A model generated the notes under the pieces. That model saw nothing but the letters and a program-made list of their open reading frames with translations. It searched no databases and was not told the origin of the DNA. DNA of 64,000 bases from assembly GCA_046757585.1 (NCBI GenBank), contig JBHHYR010000001.1, positions 3,354 to 67,353 of the forward strand, in the 5' to 3' direction. Positions 56,731 to 64,000 of this stretch are shown here, in pieces (the stretch's first letter is position 1; each line of letters starts with the position of its first letter). This DNA is from Candidatus Binatia bacterium. GTDB taxonomy: Bacteria > Desulfobacterota > Binatia > HRBIN30. The translations under genes and the position numbers were made by a program.

Positions 56731-57138
56731 TTAGGGTGTCGCGTGTGCCGGGCGTTGCTGGCGTTCATGAATCTCGCGGACGAAAATGGTGCACCACGGC
56801 TCTGCATAGGTTCCAGACACCGTCACCTCCTTCTCGTGCAGCGCCGCCGATTTGATGCGTTGCTCGATTGCCGGAGTCGCGCCGATCAGGTGCGCAATCA
56901 TGTCCCCTTCCATCAACAGCAACGCGTCATGTTCGCCGCGCTCACAGCCCGGCAACTTCTGTTGGAGGAGGTCTTCCCCTGCGCAGATCAGGCGCCCCTG
57001 GAACGTTCCTTCCGTGCGGACACCCTGAAAGTATTTCTGAATGGCAGCTGATAGTGGCTTGTGCTCCTGGGCGCGCACCACGCCGCAGCACAGTCCGGTT
57101 GCCAAGCCGACGGCAGCGAGAAGGGAGTCGACCCGCAT
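56731..57138 (-). CDS. small secreted hypothetical protein
   Basis: AAGGAGGA RBS and signal peptide MRVDSLLAAVGLATGLCCGVVRA. No family recognised. Confidence 0.5.
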   Translation of the reverse strand: MRVDSLLAAVGLATGLCCGVVRAQEHKPLSAAIQKYFQGVRTEGTFQGRLICAGEDLLQQKLPGCERGEHDALLLMEGDMIAHLIGATPAIEQRIKSAALHEKEVTVSGTYAEPWCTIFVREIHERQQRPAHATP

Positions 57139-57510
57139 AGGTCCTCCTTGTGGCATGCTGCAAGAGTGCCAGATGCTTTGCCTTACCCGCCTGCGTACCT
57201 AAGAGATGCTCCCCCCCGGCGTGTCATAGGAACTTTAAGGTCCTTAGATGCCCGCAGGGGCTGGTGCGTTGCACGAAACGTTTCCCGCAACCGCTGCGTG
57301 GGGCGAGGATTGTTCTGCAACACTCTGCGGGTCTGGCGCATCTTAACAAGCACAGAGGAGCCCAGGAGATTCATACCGCCAAACCATGACAACGACGGAC
57401 GGCGCCGCCCCCCGCGCCCGGCCGTCGTCTCCTGGGTTCCTCTACCAACCACCGTGCAGTTCCGGCAAACGAAGTGCGAAAAAAGACAGCCGCGTGCCGC
57501 CACCCGGCGC

Positions 57511-58842
57511 ATGCAGCGTCGGCGGCTGCTTGACCGTCTCTGGCTGCCGTTCCTAACCGGGCTGTTGTGGGCATCGTCCGTGGCGGCGGCCTCGCCCCCG
57601 CGCAAGACTCTCACACGCTTTCACGACCCGGTTATCGTATCCACCTCCCTGCTGGCAGGACTGGCGGACCACCGGACCGCGCAGAGCCGGCTCTACAGCG
57701 CGCGGCGGGGGGTCTTGGTCCCGATTCCGTTTCAGTTCGATGCACGCCATGGCGACGGGGACGTCGTTTTCCCAGACACGGCAGCCGATCAGGAATTCGT
57801 TTTCGACGACAACGACGAGCTAGTCTTCATGGCAAAAGATACCGGTGATCGCGTCCCACGCAGCGTGCTGCCTTCGCAGAGCGACGCCGCACTTGAGATT
57901 GCGGTGACGGATCCGCTCACCGGCGAACAGGGGTGGACATACCTGCTCCATTTCCCAGGCGCCCCCCCACCCAGATCACCCGTTACCTATGCAACCTTCG
58001 ATGTCCAGACCAATCAGGCGCGCACGCCGTTGTACACGATGGAATATTACCCTGGTCGCAATTTCTTTACCGGCATGCGCATCGCACCGGCCGCAGGTGG
58101 AACGGGAGAGAATATCCTCGACCGGATGAAAGTGCGGGTCAATCCAACCTTCTCGCTATTGCTCACCAGTTGGAGCCCCCTGTTCACCGAGGAGGACTTC
58201 TCGGTGAAAATCGACGGCGTCAAAAACGGAGCGGTGCGCGCCATCCGTCGAGTTCGGCAGTGGCTCAACCTGGGCAAGTTCTTTCCCCACGTCCCCGGCG
58301 GCACGGTGTACACTTACTACTATTTCAGTTCGTTCAGTACACCGTCGAAGTTTTCGATCCCGTGGCTGGTCCTGAAAGCCCTGCGCGGTTTCCGTTTCGT
58401 CGGCGCCAACGACTTCCGCAACAGCGCAATCGGGATGACGTACTGGGATGCAGCGAACCCCCAGGGCCTGCCGTACACAGGTCACAACCACGCCACGGTC
58501 AACCGCAGCCAAGATCATGGCTGGTGGGTCGTCAGCGGTCGCGGCGGCACCTGCCTGCATGCCTTCGTCATTCCCGAACAGTGGCGCAAATGGGGCATTG
58601 CGCGAGGCACGATCTTTACGGACGACAGCGGCATGACCGACGCCGAAGGGCCGGAAGACAATCCGGGTTCCTTTCTGGCTGGCTACAGCCTGCTGCACAT
58701 GACGAATCTTCGCCAACCCGGGGTCTATGACATGAACCTTGCGGTCTTCATCTTGCCGCATCCGTACCGGCCAGGTGACGAAGCGCAGCCGCTGGCGATG
58801 CTGAAACATCCGCTGCGAGCGAAGGTGCATCCCGTGGAATGA
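57511..58842 (+). CDS. secreted hypothetical protein (about 440 aa)
   Basis: ATG 57511 followed by signal LWLPFLTGLLWASSVAAA. Non-biased composition along the whole length. No family recognised. Confidence 0.55.
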   Translation: MQRRRLLDRLWLPFLTGLLWASSVAAASPPRKTLTRFHDPVIVSTSLLAGLADHRTAQSRLYSARRGVLVPIPFQFDARHGDGDVVFPDTAADQEFVFDDNDELVFMAKDTGDRVPRSVLPSQSDAALEIAVTDPLTGEQGWTYLLHFPGAPPPRSPVTYATFDVQTNQARTPLYTMEYYPGRNFFTGMRIAPAAGGTGENILDRMKVRVNPTFSLLLTSWSPLFTEEDFSVKIDGVKNGAVRAIRRVRQWLNLGKFFPHVPGGTVYTYYYFSSFSTPSKFSIPWLVLKALRGFRFVGANDFRNSAIGMTYWDAANPQGLPYTGHNHATVNRSQDHGWWVVSGRGGTCLHAFVIPEQWRKWGIARGTIFTDDSGMTDAEGPEDNPGSFLAGYSLLHMTNLRQPGVYDMNLAVFILPHPYRPGDEAQPLAMLKHPLRAKVHPVE

Positions 58843-59005
58843 AGGATTGCCTGTTCCGCGAGGTCGACCGCGGCCCGCATGCAACGTCCAAGATACTTGC
58901 GGCATCGTAAAGGTAGCCTCAAACTGCAAACTCCACCATTCAAGGGGGCGTCTGCCATACCGGCAACCGTATTGTCAGGGGGACGACGGGGATAGCAGGC
59001 AGGAG

Positions 59006-59446
59006 ATGGAGAAAGTACCATACTATGGGGATGTCTGGTCTGTGCCCGACCAACTGGTGGGCGTGGAGACACTCGTGCCTGCCCAGTTCTGGCCTCAGGA
59101 AGCTCCGGACGGTCGTGGGGAACCGGAGCGCCGTCTCATGCGTGCGGTCTTGCAAGACGCTGTTTTATCCTTGAGCACGTATTCGCGGCAGCGAACGGGA
59201 CGTGCTCGCCGCATTGTGGGTGAAGTCGAAATGTGGATGGCAAGCAACGCACGCTCCTACCCCTTTGCATTCGCGACAATCTGCGACGTGCTTGAGCTGG
59301 ACGCCGATCACGTCCGCAAAGCGATTCGCGAGTGGAATCTGGCACTGGTGTCACCGCCACGGGGACGGCGCACACATGCGGGCCGGACGCGATATCGCTT
59401 GAGGCTCAACCGGGACACCCGCAGGCGGCGCCGGGGCGCTGCATGA
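59006..59446 (+). CDS. uncharacterised small protein with Arg-rich C-terminal tail (paralogue B)
   Basis: Homologous to 44297-44785 (ERRLMRAVLQDAV...YPFAFATICDVLELD...IREW). Its stop overlaps the next ATG (ATGA). Start uncertain. Confidence 0.5.
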   Translation: MEKVPYYGDVWSVPDQLVGVETLVPAQFWPQEAPDGRGEPERRLMRAVLQDAVLSLSTYSRQRTGRARRIVGEVEMWMASNARSYPFAFATICDVLELDADHVRKAIREWNLALVSPPRGRRTHAGRTRYRLRLNRDTRRRRRGAA

Positions 59447-60480
59447 CTCGGCTGCGTGCCTACCAACTCCTGTCCGCACTCACCGTGGTGCTGTGCTTCC
59501 TGGTGGGCGCAGTACTTCTGAGCGGCTTCGTGTCCAACACGCTGCTGCCAGCGGCAATGCAACGGGGCCCCACACCACTTGAGACCAACTACTGGGGCTT
59601 TTACATGATGGGGTTTGCCGGGGTGCTGCTCATGACGTGGGGGGCCTGTCTGTTGTACGCCGTGCGCACCCCCGCGCTCGCGCGGGCGGTCGGTACGGCC
59701 ACCGCTTTCGGGCTCAGCCTGAATGCCATCTTCCGCATCCTGGCATGGTTCAGTGGTGAGTACGCCGAGGTCGGTAACCTGCCCCGCATCGAGGCAGCGA
59801 TCATGCTGCTGCTGGCACTGGGGTTCGTCTGGCTGCGCCCGCAGCCGGCTGACATCGCGCGGTCGTCTGCCAAGCGCCGGGGTGTCATGCGTGCTGCCGG
59901 AAGATGGGTCGCCACTGCGGCCTGCCTGGCCCTGCTGCTGGTCGTGGGCACGCTTGATCGCAACTTTCACGGCAGTGCCGAGGTCAGGAGCGACGTGCCG
60001 GCCGCGGTCGGGGAAATTGGCGGTCGGCTGCCCGACTTCACCCTGCCGGACATCACCGGCCGAGCTGTCTCACTGAGTCAGTTCCATGGCCGGAGCCGGG
60101 TCCTGTTGACCTTCGAGCGGTCGCTCGACTGGTGACCATTTACCAAGGCGCGGCTCGTGGAGCTGCGGCAAGTGCTGACGGGCACACCGGACCTCACGGT
60201 GCTCTATGTGATGAGCGGCAACCAAGTGAATGCGAAAGCGCTGAAGTTCATCCACGATCATCGGATGCCGTTCATCTTTCTCGTCGATGGCGACCACCAC
60301 GTCATCGATGAGTTTGGTATCTACAACGACGGGGTGCGCGAAACATTCGAGCAGGGGGTACCACATCCGACCACCTATTTACTCGATCGCCAGGGCATCA
60401 TTCGGTTCAAGGATTCCCGCAAGGACTTCCACGTTTGGCTGTCGGCACCAGTCCTGCGTAACGCACTCAGAGCAATGTGA
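59443..60480 (+). CDS. membrane-anchored redoxin/peroxiredoxin-like thiol-disulfide oxidoreductase with in-frame TGA (probable selenocysteine) at 60133-60135
   Basis: ORFs 59332-60135 and 60157-60480 are in the same frame. Read through the TGA, the sequence is PDFTLPDITGRAVSLSQFHGRSRVLLTFERSLDW-U-PFTKARLVEL...FIFLVDGD...PHPTTYLLDRQGIIRF. This is a continuous thioredoxin-fold AhpC/TSA-redoxin domain with the TGA at the W-C-P-x-C catalytic position. An alternative internal start for the redoxin part alone is ATG 59887. Confidence 0.6.
60149..60167 (+). promoter_or_regulatory. candidate bacterial SECIS hairpin
   Basis: CGCGGCUC-GUG-GAGCUGCG: an 8-bp stem with one G-U pair, starting 13 nt after the UGA, with a G/U-containing apical loop. 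Confidence 0.4.
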
Positions 60481-60660
60481 AGACGGCGCGCCGCCAGGCG
60501 CGCCGAAAACCGCTTGCCGGCTCCACAGTCGCCACGGTGTTTCTGCGGCGCCCGCCCCTCGACCCGCGTAACGCTCTTGCGCGCGGAGCATCGAACTCAT
60601 AATGATGTGAGATGATCCGGTTGCTCGGCAACTTGGTCAGATAAGCTGTTTGAGGACGAC

Positions 60661-61821
60661 ATGACGCAACTGAATATCGAAGAGGTCGTGGGGAAGCGAT
60701 ACACAGAGGGGGCACTGGCCCGCCAGGAGACCCTGTGCTGCCCGACCGACTACGACGACCGCTACCTGGCGGTCCTGCCGGGGGAAATCATCGAGCGGGA
60801 CTACGGCTGTGGAGATCCGTCGGCCTACGTACGAGAAGGCGAAACGGTACTCGATTTGGGCTCGGGCAGTGGCAAGACCTGTTACATTGCGGCGCAGGTC
60901 GTCGGGCCATCGGGCCACGTGATCGGAATCGACATGAACGACGACATGCTAGCCCTTGCCCGCCGGCATCAATCCGAGATCGCGCGTCGTCTGGGGTACA
61001 ACAACGTGAGTTTCCATCGTGGCAAGATCCAGGACCTGCGGACGGACCTCGACGCCGTCGACGCCTACTTACAGCGGCACCCCGTCGCATCGGCGCGAGA
61101 TCTGGCGGCTTTCGAGCGCTTCCGCCGGGAACAGCAGTCGACGCACCCGCTGGTGGCCGATAATGCGGTTGATGTGGTCGTGTCCAACTGTGTTCTCAAC
61201 CTTGTCTCTGACGACGACAAGCAGGTGTTGTTCGCCGAATTGTTTCGGGTGCTCCGCCCCGGGGGCCGCGCGGTGATTTGCGATATCGTGTCGGACGAGT
61301 GCGTTCCCCAGAGCCTCAAAGAAGACCCGGATCTATGGTCCGGTTGCATCGCCGGAGCGTTTCAGGAAGGCGCCTTCCTCGACGCCTTCGCGACAGCGGG
61401 CTTCTATGGCATCGAGTTGCTCAAGCGGGACGTGCAGCCGTGGCGGACCGTTGCCGGCATTGAGTTCCGTTCTGTCGCCGTCCAAGCATGGAAGGGAAAG
61501 CAGGGTGAATGCTGGGACTACAATCAAGCAGTCATCTACCGGGGACCGTGGAGCGAGGTGCGAGACGACGACGGGCATACGCTACGCCGGGGTGTCCCGA
61601 TGGCCGTCTGTGAGAAGACCTTCCGTCTTTACACGCGCGAGCCCTACGCACGGGGCATCATCCCGGTCGCACCACGCGTCGCAGTCGACCCCGCCACGGC
61701 CCGGCCCTTCGACTGTACCCGCGAGGCGGTCCGCCACCCCCGTGAGACCAAAGGTCGAGACTACCAGGCAACGAGCGCCGCCCCGGCCACGTGCTGCGGG
61801 CCGGCGGGCGACTGCTGCTGA
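60661..61821 (+). CDS. arsM: arsenite S-adenosylmethionine methyltransferase-like protein
   Basis: SAM motif VLDLGSGSGKTC and the ArsM-type conserved cysteines: ETLCCPTDYD, DYGCGDP, VVSNCVLNLV and LWSGCIAGAF. Confidence 0.8.
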   Translation: MTQLNIEEVVGKRYTEGALARQETLCCPTDYDDRYLAVLPGEIIERDYGCGDPSAYVREGETVLDLGSGSGKTCYIAAQVVGPSGHVIGIDMNDDMLALARRHQSEIARRLGYNNVSFHRGKIQDLRTDLDAVDAYLQRHPVASARDLAAFERFRREQQSTHPLVADNAVDVVVSNCVLNLVSDDDKQVLFAELFRVLRPGGRAVICDIVSDECVPQSLKEDPDLWSGCIAGAFQEGAFLDAFATAGFYGIELLKRDVQPWRTVAGIEFRSVAVQAWKGKQGECWDYNQAVIYRGPWSEVRDDDGHTLRRGVPMAVCEKTFRLYTREPYARGIIPVAPRVAVDPATARPFDCTREAVRHPRETKGRDYQATSAAPATCCGPAGDCC

Positions 61822-61837
61822 ACCGCACGGTTTCTCC

Positions 61838-62839
61838 ATGCAGGTCGATTGCCTGTCCGCTCCGTGCGACTTCGCGGTAACGCTCCGGCGCCATCGCCTC
61901 GGAGTTCTGCGCCGCGGCGTGCTCCGGACGCTGCAAGTCAACGTCGGCAAGCTGTGCAACCAGGCCTGCCACCATTGTCACGTAGACGCTGGGCCAAAGC
62001 GCACGGAGATCATGGGCCGTGCCGCCGCGGAACGGGTGATCTTGCTGCTCGGGCAGAGTCCCGCCGTTGAAATGCTGGACCTTACTGGAGGCGCGCCCGA
62101 GCTCAACCCGCACTTCCGCTACCTGGTCCAGCAGGCCCGGGCGATGAACCGACGTGTGACGGTTCGCTGCAACCTGACCGTGATCTTCGTTCCGCAGATG
62201 GAAGGTCTGCCACGGTTCTACCGCGACAACGAAGTCGAACTCGTCTGCTCGTTGCCGTGTTACACTGCAGGGAACGTGGACGGCCAGCGCGGCCACGGCG
62301 TGTTCGACCAGAGCATTGAGGCGCTGCGGTTGTTGAACCGTCTCGGCTATGGCCGTGCCGGCTCGCCGCTTGTACTCGACCTCGTCTACAACCCAGTCGG
62401 CGCCTTCCTGCCCCCGCCGCAGGCAGCGCTGGAAGCCCGGTACCGAGAGGAACTGAAACGGCTGTTCGGCATCGAGTTCCGTCACCTGTTGACCGTCACC
62501 AACATGCCAATCAAACGGTTCGCCGACCAGTTGTACCGCTGGGGGCAGTACAACGAGTACATGGGCGTCCTCGTCAACCACTTCAATCCGCGCACGGTCC
62601 GCGCCCTGATGTGCCGCAGTCTGGTCAGTGTCGCCTGGGACGGCAAGCTGTATGACTGCGACTTCAACCAGATGCTGGAGCTCCCGATCATCCCGCCGTT
62701 GGCGGCCGCAGGACAACCGCTGACCGTGTGGGATATCGAGCGAACTGAACAGCTCGAGGGGCGCCCGATCGCCACCGGCGCACACTGTTTTGCGTGTACG
62801 GCCGGCGCCGGTTCGAGCTGCGGGGGGGCGCTGGCGTGA
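61838..62839 (+). CDS. arsS: radical SAM / Cys-rich-domain protein of the ArsS (arsenosugar biosynthesis) family
   Basis: Radical SAM motif CNQACHHCH and the family-typical C-terminal Cys-rich tail AHCFACTAGAGSSCGGAL. It lies directly downstream of arsM. Confidence 0.82.
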   Translation: MQVDCLSAPCDFAVTLRRHRLGVLRRGVLRTLQVNVGKLCNQACHHCHVDAGPKRTEIMGRAAAERVILLLGQSPAVEMLDLTGGAPELNPHFRYLVQQARAMNRRVTVRCNLTVIFVPQMEGLPRFYRDNEVELVCSLPCYTAGNVDGQRGHGVFDQSIEALRLLNRLGYGRAGSPLVLDLVYNPVGAFLPPPQAALEARYREELKRLFGIEFRHLLTVTNMPIKRFADQLYRWGQYNEYMGVLVNHFNPRTVRALMCRSLVSVAWDGKLYDCDFNQMLELPIIPPLAAAGQPLTVWDIERTEQLEGRPIATGAHCFACTAGAGSSCGGALA

Positions 62840-62843
62840 ACGC

Positions 62844-63956
62844 GTGGTAACGACCCTCGTCTTCTTGGTGCTCGCCGCCCTGTTCGTGGCCTACGCCAAC
62901 GGTGCCAACGATAACTTCAAGGGCGTCGCGACGCTGTACGGCAGTGGCACCCTCGAGTACCGCGGCGCGCTTCTCCTGGCGACCGTCGCAACGTTTCTCG
63001 GATCGCTGGCCGCGCTTTACGTCGGCGGGAGCCTGATCAGCAGCTTCAGCGGGAGGGGCCTCGTCCCGGACACGGTTGTGGCCGACCCCGCCTTCTTGAG
63101 CGCCGTCGGCTTCGGCGGAGCCTTGACGGTTCTCCTCGCCACGCGGCTCGGTTTCCCCGTTTCAACCACACACGCACTCGTCGGTGCACTCATCGGCGCT
63201 GGGATCATCGAAGCGGGCGCGGCCGTGAATCTCGGGCGCCTAAGCAGTATGTTCCTCATGCCCCTACTCATCAGCCCGATCATTGCGTCAGCACTGGCAA
63301 GCGCCCAGTATCCAACCTTCAGCGCCTTACGGAGGAGGCTCGGCATCACGCGAGAGACCTGCGTCTGTGCCGGCGAAGAACTCGTCCCAGTCGCTACCCT
63401 CGGCGGGACGGCCACCGCCGCGCGGGTCACAACGCTCACCCTCGATACCACGCCGAAATGTATCGAGCGTTACCAAGGTGCGGTCGTTGGCGTCGACGCC
63501 ACCACGCTCCTCAACGGCCTGCACTACGCTTCTGCAGCCGCCGTGAGCTTCGCCCGGGGTGTGAATGATACGCCCAAGATCGTCGCGTTGCTCCTGGCCG
63601 CACATCTGGTGGCGCCACGGCATGCGTTCGTTCTGGTCGGGATCGCCATCGCCCTTGGAGGGCTACTCGGGGCCCGGCGCGTGGCGGAGACGATGAGCCA
63701 CAAGATCACACCCATGAACCCCGGTCAGGCCTTCACCGGCAACCTCGTCACCGCCCTGTTGGTGCTGTTCGCCAGCCGGCTGGGCCTTCCGGTCTCCACC
63801 ACGCACGTTGCCTGTGGCGCGCTCGGAGGGATCGGGGCCGTGAACCGCCAGGCCCACTGGAGCACCATCGGCCAGATCCTCCTCGCGTGGGTGACCACCC
63901 TGCCGCTGGCGGCAGCGCTCGCGGCCGCCACGGCGCTCGTCCTAGCAGTCCGTTGA
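62844..63956 (+). CDS. PiT-family inorganic phosphate (and arsenate) transporter
   Basis: Duplicated PHO4 signature GANDNFKGVATLYG / GVNDTPKIVA and GFPVSTTHALVGALIG / GLPVSTTHVACGALGG. GTG start at 62844. The last four codons and the stop lie inside repeat copy 3. Confidence 0.85.
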   Translation: MVTTLVFLVLAALFVAYANGANDNFKGVATLYGSGTLEYRGALLLATVATFLGSLAALYVGGSLISSFSGRGLVPDTVVADPAFLSAVGFGGALTVLLATRLGFPVSTTHALVGALIGAGIIEAGAAVNLGRLSSMFLMPLLISPIIASALASAQYPTFSALRRRLGITRETCVCAGEELVPVATLGGTATAARVTTLTLDTTPKCIERYQGAVVGVDATTLLNGLHYASAAAVSFARGVNDTPKIVALLLAAHLVAPRHAFVLVGIAIALGGLLGARRVAETMSHKITPMNPGQAFTGNLVTALLVLFASRLGLPVSTTHVACGALGGIGAVNRQAHWSTIGQILLAWVTTLPLAAALAAATALVLAVR

Positions 63957-64000
63957 AAAACAGGCACCGTAGCGAGGGTAAGCGATTTTGCGTCAGATCA
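63942..64000 (+). mobile_element. MITE-like element, copy 3 (truncated by window end)
   Basis: CTAGCAGTCCGTTGAAAAACAGGCACCGTAGCGAGGGTAAGCGATTTTGCGTCAGATCA aligns with the first 59 bp of copies 1 and 2, with about 4-5 mismatches. Confidence 0.7.

Noticed and set aside
59332-59442. Upstream extension of the redoxin/selenoprotein ORF (MESGTGVTATG...) overlapping the end of the small basic protein gene.
   Set aside because: ATG 59443 forms an ATGA overlap with the upstream stop and is followed at once by the first TM helix. The extension is in a different frame from, and fully inside, the upstream gene.
60484-60505. GC hairpin cGGCGCGCC-gcca-GGCGCGCCg directly after the selenoprotein stop, considered as an intrinsic terminator.
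   Set aside because: It is followed by AAAAC rather than a U-tract on the coding strand. GGCGCGCC is also self-complementary, so the pairing is partly trivial. That is not enough to call a terminator.

Overview
This is a GC-rich, densely coding chromosomal segment from a diderm bacterium; LptF/LptG, a TolC-family protein, MlaC and an MsbA-like exporter are all present. I recognised no rRNA, tRNA or CRISPR array. All family calls come from motifs read by eye in the supplied translations. No database search was run, and starts were refined by hand, since many six-frame ORFs are over-extended or begin at GTG/TTG. About 60 genes are supportable, and many are joined by 4-nt ATGA/GTGA stop-start overlaps.

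Left to right, the window contains:
- An LLM-class oxidoreductase, an AlgH-like protein, glnS and a PAS protein.
- An ECF sigma / soluble zinc-anti-sigma pair followed by tupABC-like tungstate uptake.
- An ArnT-like GT39, DUF547, DUF3047 and MlaC.
- A convergent lipid island: an EEP phosphodiesterase; a serine-palmitoyltransferase-like oxoamine synthase with ACP and a fatty-acyl-AMP ligase; and a Tam41-like nucleotidyltransferase with a DAGK-family lipid kinase and a CDP-alcohol phosphatidyltransferase.
- A coupled chain of DUF3604, parvulin-like, HupE-like, LptF and LptG genes.
- A glycan and sulfation island: GT2, two sulfotransferases, a 2OG oxygenase, ELM1-family proteins including a GT8-ELM1 fusion, gpmA, GT4, an MsbA-like exporter, a GNAT-like protein and two nucleotidyltransferases.
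- A TPR protein with a TolC-MFP-MacB-type efflux system.
- A second ECF/anti-sigma pair followed by a B12-radical-SAM gene, a membrane protein and a lipoprotein-like gene.
- A c-type cytochrome and cupredoxin cluster.
- An arsM-arsS-PiT organoarsenical cluster.

Most notable observations:
1. The lipid island looks like a self-contained, CDP-activated phospho-(sphingo)lipid pathway.
2. An in-frame TGA sits exactly at the catalytic Cys position of a redoxin-fold protein, with a hairpin downstream. This is a probable selenoprotein that the ORF track splits in two.
3. A 169-bp element with about 23-bp terminal inverted repeats and TA flanks occurs three times, and it supplies the stop codon of two genes.
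4. A perfect 19-bp-arm AT-rich palindrome lies upstream of the lipid operon.
5. There are two paralogous RsrA-like sigma/anti-sigma modules and two paralogous uncharacterised small proteins with basic tails.
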